Positions 9,212-18,829 of a DNA stretch of 64,000 bases are shown piece by piece. The stretch spans positions 1 to 64,000 of the forward strand of contig OZ223481.1 in NCBI GenBank assembly GCA_965140785.1, read 5' to 3'. The DNA is from an uncultured Ruficoccus sp. GTDB taxonomy: Bacteria > Verrucomicrobiota > Verrucomicrobiia > Opitutales > Cerasicoccaceae. The notes below the pieces were generated by a model. The model saw only the letters and a program-made list of their open reading frames with translations, was not told the origin of the DNA and made no database searches. Both the position numbers and the translations under genes were made by a program. Numbering within the stretch: the first letter of the stretch is position 1; each line of letters opens with the position of its first letter.

Positions 9212-9567
9212 CAAATGCCCGGCGTTTGATCCGGTTGAGGGACTATGTCCCGAGGCCGCCTAAAAGTTGTCCGCTGGCGGGCTGCCCAGATTAAAAGCGG
9301 CCACGAGGGCGGCCTGGAAGGCCAGCGCCATCCACCGAACCACGCGCACAGGCAAGCTCCGGGGCCGCCAGTCGTGGAGGCTCCGTCTGCTCGGCAGGTC
9401 GCGGGTGGGTCGTCTCATTGCTTATCCGTGGATGAAAAAAACGGGCCAGACAAGCGATTCTCGGGCCAGTGGCAACCGAAAAATGGGAAAAAACTCCCCT
9501 GCGGCCTTGCCGGAATGCACCTAACCGGCTTAGTTCAGGCGACTTATCCGCCACCCGCGCACCCGCC

Positions 9568-10326
9568 ATGTCCGATTCCATCCTGAGCTACCGCAGTGTC
9601 ACCAAGCGCTACGAACGGGGTAAGCCCGTCCTGGACAGCCTGGATCTGGATGTGAATGAGGGCGACTTCGTGGGCATCATCGGCCCCAGCGGCTGCGGCA
9701 AGTCCACCCTGCTTCGGTTGACGGCGGGCCTGAGCCCGCTCTCCGCCGGGCAGATCGCCTTTCGCGACGGTGAACCGCCCCGCGGCAGCATGGGCTTTAT
9801 CTTTCAGGACGCCACCCTGCTGCCCTGGCTCAACGTCCGGCGCAACGTCGAGATGCCGCTCCTGCTGGAGGGCCGTCCCCGCGCCGAGCGCCGCGAAGCC
9901 TCACAGGAAGTCCTGCGCCTGGTCGGCCTCAACGGAGTCAGCGACCGCTTCCCGCGCCAACTCTCTGGCGGGATGAAAATGCGCGTCTCCCTCGCCCGGG
10001 GCCTGGTGCGCAAGCCGAGCCTGCTCTTGCTCGACGAGCCCTTCGGCGCGCTTGATGCTATCACCCGCAACCAGCTCAACGCCGAGCTGCTGACTCTGCG
10101 CCGCCAATCGCCCTTCACCGCGCTGTTTGTCACCCACTCGGTCAACGAAGCGGTCTTCCTCTCCAACCGCATCCTCGTCCTCGCGGCTCATCCCGGCCGC
10201 ATCTCCCAGAGCTTCGAGGTGCCTTTCCCTTATCCGCGCGAGGCCACCCTGCGCGAGAACCCGGCCTTTCACCGACTGTGCGCGGAGGTCATGCACGCGC
10301 TGGCCGAAGCCACCCCCGCCCGATGA
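9568..10326 (+). CDS. NitT/TauT family ABC transporter ATP-binding protein
   Basis: Walker A GPSGCGKST, FQDATLLPW, LSGGM, LLLDEPFGALD, FVTH. Confidence 0.92.
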   Translation: MSDSILSYRSVTKRYERGKPVLDSLDLDVNEGDFVGIIGPSGCGKSTLLRLTAGLSPLSAGQIAFRDGEPPRGSMGFIFQDATLLPWLNVRRNVEMPLLLEGRPRAERREASQEVLRLVGLNGVSDRFPRQLSGGMKMRVSLARGLVRKPSLLLLDEPFGALDAITRNQLNAELLTLRRQSPFTALFVTHSVNEAVFLSNRILVLAAHPGRISQSFEVPFPYPREATLRENPAFHRLCAEVMHALAEATPAR

Positions 10327-11105
10327 AACGGACCCTGCACTGGACCCTGCCGTTGGCCACCGGAGCGCTTATCCTCGGGCTCTGGTGGCTCATCACCACT
10401 GTATGGGCTGACCGACTGATTTATTTCCCCGGCCCCTGGGAAGTCCTAGAGGCGCTCTGGGGCGAGCGGGCCGAGCTGCTGCCGGCCACCTGGAAAACCC
10501 TCTGGATGGCGCTGGCGGGATTTGCCGCCGCGGTGACGGGCGGAGCCGCTCTGGCGCTGGCGCTGGCCTCAACGCGCCCCATCCGGCTCTCGCTCTACCC
10601 TTGGGTGCTGGCCCTGCAAATGGTCCCAGTCGTGATCATGATCCCGATCTTCCAGATCTGGTTCCGCTACGACGCGGTCAAGACCATCGTCTGCATGACC
10701 TTCATGATCAGCTTTTTCCCCATTGTAGCCAACACCACCATGGGCCTGACCTCGACCGACCGGCGGCTGCGCGAACTCTTTCGCACCTGGCACGCGCGCG
10801 GCTGGCAGGAGGTGCTTTTCCTGCGCATCCCCTTCGCCCTGCCCTACTTCCTGACCGGGGTGCGCATCGCCGCCGTGCTCGCGCCGGTCGGTGTCATCAC
10901 CGGGGATATGCTGGCCGGGACCTCGGAGGGCACGAGCGGCCTGGGCTTTCTACTGTACAAGTACCGCTCGGAGTTCCGCCCCGACGCGGTCTTCGCCGTC
11001 GCCCTGCTCTCGGCGCTGCTGGGCTTTCTCTTCGCCGCCGCCATCCACGGGGTGAGCTGGCTGCTGCTGCACCGCTGGCACGATTCGGCCACGCGGTCCG
11101 AGTAG
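10323..11105 (+). CDS. NitT/TauT family ABC transporter permease
   Basis: Six TM helices, FFPIVANTTMGL, LRIPFALPYFLTG, GLGFLL; overlaps the ATPase stop. Confidence 0.9.
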   Translation: MKRTLHWTLPLATGALILGLWWLITTVWADRLIYFPGPWEVLEALWGERAELLPATWKTLWMALAGFAAAVTGGAALALALASTRPIRLSLYPWVLALQMVPVVIMIPIFQIWFRYDAVKTIVCMTFMISFFPIVANTTMGLTSTDRRLRELFRTWHARGWQEVLFLRIPFALPYFLTGVRIAAVLAPVGVITGDMLAGTSEGTSGLGFLLYKYRSEFRPDAVFAVALLSALLGFLFAAAIHGVSWLLLHRWHDSATRSE

Positions 11106-11162
11106 GCAAATGTCACCATTTGGAGACGCAAACAGACTGCCGGGCGGCGGCTCGCGACCGGT

Positions 11163-12047
11163 TCACCAACCGCTTTCCGAGCGGGCCATCCAGCAGACCA
11201 CGCCGGCGCGTGCGGGCAGGGCGAGAGCCTGACACCGTAATTCGTCCCAACGCTCCTCGTCGGCCAGCGGCCCGGCGGTCAAAAGGTCCACCAGCGGAGC
11301 GACCACGAAGGCCCGCTCCTGCCAACGCGGGTGCGGCAGCTCCAGGTCGGGGCTACGGAAGCGCAAGTTATCGTAAAAAAGCAGGTCAACATCGAGCGTG
11401 CGCGGACCGTTGGGGATGTCCCGCTCACGCCCATGCTCATGCTCAAGCGCCAGGCATTCGCGCAGCAGGCCGGTGGGCGAGAACAGCGTCTCCACCGCCA
11501 CCACCTGGTTCAGGAACAGCGGCTGCTCGGTATAGCCCACCGGTTCGGTTTCGTAGATAGGGGACGCCGCCAGCAAGTGCGTACCCGGCAGCTCGCCCAG
11601 GGTGTAGCGGGCCGAGGCCAGCATGGTCGCCCGGTCGCCCAGGTTGGACCCCAACCCGAGGATGACCTGATGAAAGGGACTCATGCGGACCGTCCCCCTT
11701 TCCAAGGTAACGGAGACCTCCCCGTCGAACTGCTCGATCGGTGCCTCCGGCTTGATCAGCGTCAGTTTCACCGCCTGCACGAGCGAAAACTGCTCCAGGA
11801 TGGCCGCGACGATTTTTCCGGCCACCGCCTCCAGGGTCTTGTGCGCCTCTCCCCCTATGATCTTGCGCACCAGACGAATCACCTCGGCGTAATCGACGGT
11901 ATCCTCCAGATCGTCACTGTGGCTAGCCGCCTCCAGTGAAAGGGAAAGCTCGACCTCGGCCACGAAATGCTGGCCGCGCGCTCGCTCCTCGGCGGCCACC
12001 CCGTGGAAGCCAAAAGCGTTGATCCCCTGGATGCGAATCGAGTCCAT
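11163..12047 (-). CDS. folK: Bifunctional dihydroneopterin aldolase / HPPK (FolB-FolK fusion)
   Basis: N-terminal FGFHGV…ERARGQHF…SDDLEDTVDY (FolB); C-terminal LGLGSNLGDR…YETEP…FLNQV…GPRTLDVDLL…LPHPR (FolK). Confidence 0.92.
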   Translation of the reverse strand: MDSIRIQGINAFGFHGVAAEERARGQHFVAEVELSLSLEAASHSDDLEDTVDYAEVIRLVRKIIGGEAHKTLEAVAGKIVAAILEQFSLVQAVKLTLIKPEAPIEQFDGEVSVTLERGTVRMSPFHQVILGLGSNLGDRATMLASARYTLGELPGTHLLAASPIYETEPVGYTEQPLFLNQVVAVETLFSPTGLLRECLALEHEHGRERDIPNGPRTLDVDLLFYDNLRFRSPDLELPHPRWQERAFVVAPLVDLLTAGPLADEERWDELRCQALALPARAGVVCWMARSESGW

Positions 12048-12057
12048 CAGAATATAG

Positions 12058-13008
12058 TCATGCCTCCGTTGGGAAAGCTGGCGAGTCTTTTTCGAAATTT
12101 AATCCCACCGCGATGGCGTCGGCCATTCGCAGGGTCTGCCGGGCCACGCCGACGTCATGCACACGCACCATTCGGCACCCTTTGGCCACGCCCCAGACGA
12201 GCGTGACCTGCGTTCCCTCCTCGCGCACATGCACTTCACGCTCAAGCACCAGTCCGATCGTGGACTTACGCGAAGTCCCCAATAAAACGGGGTACCCCAG
12301 CCCGCACACCCGCTCCAGATGCTTGAGCACTTCCAGGTTGTGCGGCGGTTTCTTCCCGAAGCCGAACCCCGGGTCCAGCCAGCACTGGTGGGCAGGCACG
12401 CCTGCGGCCTGAACCAAGCTCAGGCTGACCCGCAAATCGTGCAGCACTTCTACCCAGAAATCGGCATACACCGGCTCTGCGCGGTTGTGCATGAGAATGA
12501 TCGGACACTTCAGCCGGGCCGCCGCCTCCGCCATGGCCGAACGCGGCAGGGACGCCGTGTCCGCCCCGGCCTGGACCGCCGCCGACCACTGCGTCCACGC
12601 CTCCGGCTCCAGCCCGTGCCGGGCGCCCCAAATGTCGTTGATCATGTCCGCCCCGGCTTTCACCGCCGCCATGGCCACCTCGGCCTTGTACGTGTCGATG
12701 GACAGGGGCAGCTCGGGAAAAGCGGTCCGCACCGCCTCGACCACTGGCAGCACCCGGTCCATCTCCTGTCCTCCGGAGACCTGCGAAGCCCCTGGTCGGG
12801 TGGACTCGCCCCCGATGTCGATCACGTCCACCCCCTCCTCGATCATGCGCGCAGCCTGCCGCACGGCCTCCTCCGCCTCGGCGAAATGCCCCCCGTCCGA
12901 AAACGAATCCGGGGTCGTGTTGAGGATGCCCATGAGCAGCGTCCGCCCACCCGGGGAAGGCAGCGGGCGGCCATGCGGGCTTTGCCAGGGAGGTAAAACA
13001 GAACTCAT
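12058..13008 (-). CDS. folP: Dihydropteroate synthase
   Basis: MGILNTTPDSFSDGG, DIGGESTRPG, SIDTYK, LDPGFGFGK, GTSRKS, RVHDV. Confidence 0.95.
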   Translation of the reverse strand: MSSVLPPWQSPHGRPLPSPGGRTLLMGILNTTPDSFSDGGHFAEAEEAVRQAARMIEEGVDVIDIGGESTRPGASQVSGGQEMDRVLPVVEAVRTAFPELPLSIDTYKAEVAMAAVKAGADMINDIWGARHGLEPEAWTQWSAAVQAGADTASLPRSAMAEAAARLKCPIILMHNRAEPVYADFWVEVLHDLRVSLSLVQAAGVPAHQCWLDPGFGFGKKPPHNLEVLKHLERVCGLGYPVLLGTSRKSTIGLVLEREVHVREEGTQVTLVWGVAKGCRMVRVHDVGVARQTLRMADAIAVGLNFEKDSPAFPTEA

Positions 13009-13868
13009 AGCGGAAGCGAAGCGCGGTAGAGCCCCACGATGCGCGAAAAGCCTTCCGAGGCAACCGCATTGCGCTGCCAGCAGGTTTTTCCATCCTCACC
13101 GACGATCTCCCGCACGGCCACCGGCCCCGTCGCGGCGTTGATCAGGCCGACCGCCTCGGCCTCCGCCAGGGCGCTCAGTGGCCACAGCCCTTCGCAGACC
13201 TCCATGCCCGCTTGCCGCACCAGCTCCAGCAGGTGAGCCCGGTGCACGCCCGGCAGCAGACCCGTCTCCACGGCGGGCGTGCAAAGCCTGCCTTCGTGTA
13301 TCCAGAAAACATTACACGTTACGCCTTCGCAGACATTTCCGTGTCCATCCAGCATCAGCCCCTGCGCGGCGGCCGGGCCGGCCTGCTGCAACTCGCGCCA
13401 GGCGAACAGGCTGTTGAGGTAGGCCAGACTCTTCCCGCGGGGGAACTGTTCGCCGCTGTCGCGTCGCGTCCCCAAGACCCGCACGGCTACGCCTTCAGGC
13501 GGGGGCAGGGACCGGGCCGTCAGCATGTCCCAGGGCTCGCGATAGGCTCCCTGCGGAAGCCCGAACCCGGCAGCACCGGCAGAAACGGTGTAGCGCAGCA
13601 CCACGTCTTGGCCGCCCCCGGCAGCGAGCAGCTCGCCCACGGCGCGTTCGAAGCGCGCCAGATCCTGAATCAGGAGCGTATCGGTATTTTCAATACGCAG
13701 CGGTGTCAGCGTCCGCCACAGGCGCTCGCGGTGACGCTCCAGCAGGAAACACTTCCCCCCGTAGGTGCGAAAAGTCTCGAACGCGCCCGCCCCGTAGAGC
13801 AGGCCGTGGTCATCAGCCGGAATGCGGGCCTCGCCCGTTTCCATCAGTTTACCGCGAAAGATCAGCAT
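13005..13868 (-). CDS. pabC: Aminotransferase class IV, 4-amino-4-deoxychorismate lyase
   Basis: DHGLLYGAGAFETFR, HRERL, KSLAYL, EGVTCNVFW, GLLPGV; lies between pabB and folP. Confidence 0.85.
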   Translation of the reverse strand: MLIFRGKLMETGEARIPADDHGLLYGAGAFETFRTYGGKCFLLERHRERLWRTLTPLRIENTDTLLIQDLARFERAVGELLAAGGGQDVVLRYTVSAGAAGFGLPQGAYREPWDMLTARSLPPPEGVAVRVLGTRRDSGEQFPRGKSLAYLNSLFAWRELQQAGPAAAQGLMLDGHGNVCEGVTCNVFWIHEGRLCTPAVETGLLPGVHRAHLLELVRQAGMEVCEGLWPLSALAEAEAVGLINAATGPVAVREIVGEDGKTCWQRNAVASEGFSRIVGLYRASLPL

Positions 13869-15318
13869 GGTCAGTGGCCTCCTTCAGCGCCACCCAGAGG
13901 GCGCGCGCCTTGTTCAGCGATTCTTCGAATTCGTGTTCCGGCACGGAGTCGGCAACGATGCCCGCCCCGGCCTGCACATGGGCCTGCCCCCGACCCGCCA
14001 GGAGGGTGCGGATGACGATATTAAGCTCAAAGTCCCCGCCGTAGCCGAACCAGCCGATCGAACCGGTATAGAACCCCCGGCGCACCGGTTCCAACTCCTC
14101 GATGATCTCCATCGTCCGCACCTTCGGCGCACCCGTGATCGTACCGCCGGGGAAGGTCGAGGCGACCAGATCGACATTGTCCCGCTCCGGGGCCAGCTCG
14201 CCCACCACATGCGAGACGATATGCTGGACGTGCGAGTAGCCCTCGGCCACCATGTAGTCGCGCACGCGCACGCTGCCGTAACGACAGACCCGGCCCAGGT
14301 CATTGCGGATCAAGTCCACCAGCATCAGGTGCTCGGCCCGCTCCTTGGGATGAGCCAGTAGCTCGCCACGCAAGGCCTCGTCGCTGTCCCCGCAGGCTCC
14401 GCGCGGGCGGGTCCCGGCGATGGGGCGGGCCTCAACCTGGCCGTTGATGGACTTGACCAGCAGCTCGGGCGAGCCGCATACCAGTGTCCATTCGCCGAAG
14501 GGCAGGTACGCCATGTAAGGGGAAGGGTTGATGCGGCGTAACATGTCGTAAACCGCTGCCGGGTGGGCCGTGAGCGGCCGGGTTTCGCGCAGGGAGAGGT
14601 TCACCTGATAGCTGTCCCCGGCTCCGATATAAGCCTGCACGCGGCGCACCGCCTCAACGTAGGCCACTTCAGCCAGCGAGAGCACCGCCTTAGCGGCGGT
14701 ACGGGGCGCGTCCGCTGGGTCAACTGGGCCGGGAGCCGGGATCTCCCCATCGGCACTATTTTTCTCAAAATCCACAAGCACCCGGTCAGCTCGTTCGCGG
14801 GCCTCAGCGTACAGCCCGGCCAGGCTCACACTCTCCGAATCGACCTCAGCGACCGCGACCAGGTACGTCTGGTCCGTTTCATGGTCAAACACCAGCAATT
14901 CATCCGCCACGGCGAAAACCGCCGGGGGAAGCCCGAGGTCATCGGTGGCGGAGACGGGCAGCGACTCGATCTCCCGCGCCACCTCGTAGGAAAGCGCGCC
15001 CACCAGCCCACCGCAGAAGGGCGGCAGCCCCGGCCAGTTCGGCGCGCGATGGGCGACCAGGAATTCCCGCAGGGCGGGCAGCACCCCGGCATGACCCGCC
15101 ACGCCCGCCGTCAGCGTCGGCCACACGACCTGACGGGGCCGGGGAACGAAATAACTATAGCGCCCCCCACGTGCACTCTCCAGCAGGATGGCGCCAGTCC
15201 CGGCCAACAGCGGAGCCCAGCAGCGCGGGCGGCGAACCCCGTCCACGCGCCGCACGTACGGCAGCCGGTTATAGTTACCGGCGGCGGCTTTCCACTGTTC
15301 CAGACTGACCAACTCCAT
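13849..15318 (-). CDS. pabB: Aminodeoxychorismate synthase component I (anthranilate synthase I family)
   Basis: LLES…GRYS, GDSYQVNLS, NPSPY, SPELL, PIAGTRPRG, KERAEHLMLVDLIRND, FPGGTITGAPK; folate operon context. Start taken at MELVSL. Confidence 0.85.
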   Translation of the reverse strand: MELVSLEQWKAAAGNYNRLPYVRRVDGVRRPRCWAPLLAGTGAILLESARGGRYSYFVPRPRQVVWPTLTAGVAGHAGVLPALREFLVAHRAPNWPGLPPFCGGLVGALSYEVAREIESLPVSATDDLGLPPAVFAVADELLVFDHETDQTYLVAVAEVDSESVSLAGLYAEARERADRVLVDFEKNSADGEIPAPGPVDPADAPRTAAKAVLSLAEVAYVEAVRRVQAYIGAGDSYQVNLSLRETRPLTAHPAAVYDMLRRINPSPYMAYLPFGEWTLVCGSPELLVKSINGQVEARPIAGTRPRGACGDSDEALRGELLAHPKERAEHLMLVDLIRNDLGRVCRYGSVRVRDYMVAEGYSHVQHIVSHVVGELAPERDNVDLVASTFPGGTITGAPKVRTMEIIEELEPVRRGFYTGSIGWFGYGGDFELNIVIRTLLAGRGQAHVQAGAGIVADSVPEHEFEESLNKARALWVALKEATDHADLSR

Positions 15319-15500
15319 AATTTGTAAATGGACGGCGACAAAACCCGGCATTGATCTTGTCAGCGCGGCCCACATTGCGCAAGATGCCACGTCATTATGG
15401 GAAAACAATACAACAAAGTAATAAAGCGTAAACGCCGCCTGGCCTATAAAGCCCGCAAGAAAGCTGCCGACAAAACAGCCCCCGCCTCCAAAGCCAAAGC

Positions 15501-16004
15501 GTGAAGCCGCTCTGTTCCATCCTCCTGGCCTGCCTGCTGATGCCTGCGCTGAACGCGCAGGCCAGGGATTTTCCGCAAATCGACTACATCAAGAGCCGCC
15601 ATGTCGAGGCGGAGACGTTTAAGCGCATCTCCGAGTATTTTGACGGCAAGGAAAACCAGGGCGACAGGATCGTCCTGCGCACCGACCCCTCCGTCCGCGA
15701 GGGCTGGTACCTGATCTTGATGCTCGACGCCGACGCGGACGAGTACCCCGAGGGCACCCGTATCGGGATGAAAGTGATCCTCCCCGATCAGAAAGGAGAG
15801 GTTGTCAAGGCCACCAGCCTGCCCAACCCGATCCCCGACGCCAGCGAGATCTGGATCGGCCTGACGGGCAAGGACGAACCGGCCAACGGCAAGCCGCCGG
15901 TGGCGTGGATGGTCGTCATTTACAGCCCGCAGGGCAAGGTTTACACCGCATACAAAAGCTACCTCTGGGAAAAACCCGAGGCCGAAAGCAAGTCGGACGA
16001 GTAA
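15501..16004 (+). CDS. Hypothetical exported protein
   Basis: Signal peptide (…PALNA|QA), host-like codon usage, GTG start. Confidence 0.7.
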   Translation: MKPLCSILLACLLMPALNAQARDFPQIDYIKSRHVEAETFKRISEYFDGKENQGDRIVLRTDPSVREGWYLILMLDADADEYPEGTRIGMKVILPDQKGEVVKATSLPNPIPDASEIWIGLTGKDEPANGKPPVAWMVVIYSPQGKVYTAYKSYLWEKPEAESKSDE

Positions 16005-16017
16005 ATCCCGCCCGCCC

Positions 16018-16896
16018 ATGAAGTGGACGCCCTGGCGCGAGCTTTCGCCGCCCCTCCGAGTCAGTCCCGCCATCCTGCGCGAGTTGCTGGACGGCGGACA
16101 AGCCTTTCGCTGGTATGAAAAGGACGGCGTGTGGGAAGGTGTCTGGGACCGCTATGTTGCCCGGCTCCGGCTGAGCGGCGACAACGCGCTCCAGTGGTCC
16201 GCCCCCCAGCCGGAGGGCAAGCGCACTGCCGAGGCGCTACGGCACTACCTGGCGCTCGATCCGGCCTGGGAGCAGGCGATCGACGCCCTGCCCTGGCGCA
16301 GTGACCCGGTGCTGGATGCCGCCATGCGACACTGGTCGGGGCTGCGCATCCTGCGTCAGCCCCTGGCCGAAACGCTGCTGGTCTTTCTATGCTCCTCAAC
16401 CAAGCAGATCGTCCAGATTAAACAAATCTGCGCCGACCTCGCGGCGGCCCTGGGCGAGACACTGCCCGGCGGGCACCGTCGGTTGCCGACCTGGGAAGCC
16501 CTTCACGCGGCGGATGAAACGCTCCTGCGCGGCTGCCGCCTGGGCTACCGTGCCCGCTACCTCAAGGGAACCGCCGACTATCTCCACGCCCATCCCGGCT
16601 GGCTGGACTCAATCCCGGCCCTTCCCTATGCCGAGGCTCGCACCGAGCTCATGAAACTGCCCGGCGTAGGCGCGAAAATCGCCGACTGCGTGCTGCTCTT
16701 CGGTGCCGGCATGCTGGAATCCTTTCCCGTCGATACCTGGATCCTCAAGGTCATGGCGCAACGCTACAGCCTGCACGGCTGGCGGCCGGAGCAGGTCGCC
16801 ACCTTCGGCCGCACGCATTTCGGGGCCTTGGCCGGCGTCGCCCAGCAGTTTCTGTTTGCCGATGCCCGGCTACGCCGGGACAGCGGAAAAAGCTAG
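16018..16896 (+). CDS. 8-oxoguanine DNA glycosylase (OGG/HhH-GPD family)
   Basis: GGQAFRW, GLRILRQ, LGYRARYL, HhH motif LPGVGAKIADCVLLF, FPVDTW. Confidence 0.9.
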   Translation: MKWTPWRELSPPLRVSPAILRELLDGGQAFRWYEKDGVWEGVWDRYVARLRLSGDNALQWSAPQPEGKRTAEALRHYLALDPAWEQAIDALPWRSDPVLDAAMRHWSGLRILRQPLAETLLVFLCSSTKQIVQIKQICADLAAALGETLPGGHRRLPTWEALHAADETLLRGCRLGYRARYLKGTADYLHAHPGWLDSIPALPYAEARTELMKLPGVGAKIADCVLLFGAGMLESFPVDTWILKVMAQRYSLHGWRPEQVATFGRTHFGALAGVAQQFLFADARLRRDSGKS

Positions 16897-16948
16897 AGCA
16901 CTTTCGCTTTCAGCCGGGTCTTCGAATGATCCGCCCCTTGTCATTGGG

Positions 16949-16983
16949 CGTTGTCATCCTGAGTGAGCGTAGCGAAGGATCTC
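16949..16983. repeat. REP-like element (GTCATCCTGAG…GAAGGATCTC), family B
   Basis: A near-identical inverted copy lies at 44421-44460 and a partial inverted half at ~17025-17035. Confidence 0.75.
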
Positions 16984-17092
16984 ACGGTCCAAGTTGTCCA
17001 GAGCCTCCAGCAGATTTGGGCCAGGAGATCCTTCGATGCGTCCGCAAGCGAACTTCTACCTATTTCAGCCAGTAATGATAAAATACCTATTT

Positions 17093-17169
17093 CCCGCGAA
17101 GCCACGCGAAGATACGCAAAGTCGATGAGGGAGTGATTCACTTCGTGTTCCTTCGCGTGACTTCGCGGG
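17093..17169. repeat. Imperfect palindromic intergenic element (cccgcgaagccacgcgaa…ttcgcgtgacttcgcggg)
   Basis: Inverted arms are directly visible, between convergent genes. Confidence 0.6.
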
Positions 17170-17491
17170 CCATCTCTTTATCGATGCTACTTGAAAACGG
17201 ACTTATATCCTCTTCAAACGGAAATGATAAAATCAGAAAGATTCTTGAACGGTTATTTGGTCGGGAAGAGCGGGAGCAGAAGGCGACAGACCTTCCTTTT
17301 CGTTCTTTCCGGCCTTCCTGTTAAATCCCTGACCTTATCAAAACGGTTTGAAAGCCGACTTACTCAGGCTGACAACGGGAATCGTTGACGAAAAAACAAC
17401 TGCCTTGAGTCGATGATGACCCGGCCAGCGATGCAGGGCCAGGCTTGCCTACTCCTGCCGAGACAGGAGGTCTCAGGTTTGCGCCTGCCGA

Positions 17492-18772
17492 CTAACCGCT
17501 GCGTCCGGTAACATTTTCCAGCGCCTTGAGGCCCTGCAGAATCCGGAACTTGCCGCGATGGCTTTTGGCCAGGTCTTCCAGTCTCTCGACACTTGAGTTG
17601 CTATCGTCACTCTCGTCGGCTCCGAGGAAGAGAACGACATTGACGGGGGGGGGCTGGCCTTCGCGTTCGCGATAGGCTTGACGCTCGACGTTGGAGACAA
17701 ATTTCATGACCTCATCCGGGCTGAAAGACGCAGCGGGCTTACGGCGGACTTTGGGATAGAGTTCGCCCACGATAGAGCCGATCCAGACCACCACACGCTC
17801 GGGCTTGCCGGCTTTGCGGCGCTTTTCGTTTTCGTTCTTCAGCCAGGCCCGGGCTTTTTTGACGCTTTCATTCCAGGCGGCTTCCTCTTCTTCGCCCCAG
17901 TCCTGATCGCGGTACCAGTCTTCCAGCTCCTTTCCCTTGAGCCCGCGTCCGTGGAACTGCCAAGAGGCAACCATGAGATTGATCGAATCACTGCCCTGCT
18001 CCATCGCCACCTGAAGGGCTTTGACCCAGTAATTGGCCTTGTCCGTCATCGGCTTGATATCCTTGTTCTGGATGTCGATGTTGCTGCTGAGCTTGCCGAC
18101 ACTGGCGAAGTCTTTGTTGATCGGCTTGATCCACTCCTTGAACAGCTCCTTGTTCTGACGGGTGGCCGGCAGGAGCTTACTGGAATAGGCCTGAAGCTTG
18201 CCGCCGTCATAAAACATGACGTTGAAGAGTGTCCCCGAGGAGAGCTTGTCCACCATCTTGGAGATTTCCTCCTTGATGATGTTGTAGGCCGGAAGGCCGC
18301 CCTTCTTGTCTTCGAGCATCCACTTGGTGGCATCGACGATGAACATGACGCGCTCGCCGCTGGACTTGATGCCGAAGAAGTCAACCGCCGACTTGCTGAA
18401 GTCGATGCCCCCGCGGCCGAAATCGTCGTCCAGTCGCCCAGCCCCGTAATTACCACCGACTGCCACCTTGGTGTTCACGGTGGGCATATTTACGCTCAGG
18501 TCGGGCAGGTTGACGGAGGAGACATTGGTGACGGTAATTTTCTGCACCGGGCGCGAGCTGCGCTTTTGCTGCTGCTGGAGCCGCACCTGCTGCTGGAGCT
18601 TCTGGGGCTCGATCTTTTCCGGCGGGGGCGGGGCCTCCATCTCGGGTTCCTCGGGGGCCAGCGCGGTATAAATCGTGTAGCCACCCAGGCCGATAATGGC
18701 GATGAGGTGCACAATCAGACTGACGCCGATCACCTCGATCAGCGGCAGGTTAACTTTGCGTCGTTTTTTCAT
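17492..18772 (-). CDS. TonB/TolA-like anchored protein with Pro-rich linker and vWA-like periplasmic domain
   Basis: Basic N-terminus, TM with S-x3-H (VSLIVHLIAI), EPEMEAPPPPEKIEP linker, then FFGI…ERVMFIVDATKWM…FNVMFY (degenerate MIDAS) and a C-terminal LEDLAKSHRGKF. Confidence 0.65.
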   Translation of the reverse strand: MKKRRKVNLPLIEVIGVSLIVHLIAIIGLGGYTIYTALAPEEPEMEAPPPPEKIEPQKLQQQVRLQQQQKRSSRPVQKITVTNVSSVNLPDLSVNMPTVNTKVAVGGNYGAGRLDDDFGRGGIDFSKSAVDFFGIKSSGERVMFIVDATKWMLEDKKGGLPAYNIIKEEISKMVDKLSSGTLFNVMFYDGGKLQAYSSKLLPATRQNKELFKEWIKPINKDFASVGKLSSNIDIQNKDIKPMTDKANYWVKALQVAMEQGSDSINLMVASWQFHGRGLKGKELEDWYRDQDWGEEEEAAWNESVKKARAWLKNENEKRRKAGKPERVVVWIGSIVGELYPKVRRKPAASFSPDEVMKFVSNVERQAYREREGQPPPVNVVLFLGADESDDSNSSVERLEDLAKSHRGKFRILQGLKALENVTGRSG

Positions 18773-18829
18773 GGGGGGCAGGGTTGAACTGGAAAAGCGG
18801 GAAATAGGCGGACGGGTTCAAGGGGGGGA

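Noticed and set aside
16941..17388. Short ORFs (63-66 aa) between the glycosylase and vWA-like genes
   Set aside because: They overlap or adjoin palindromic repeats and show no motifs or host-like codon usage.
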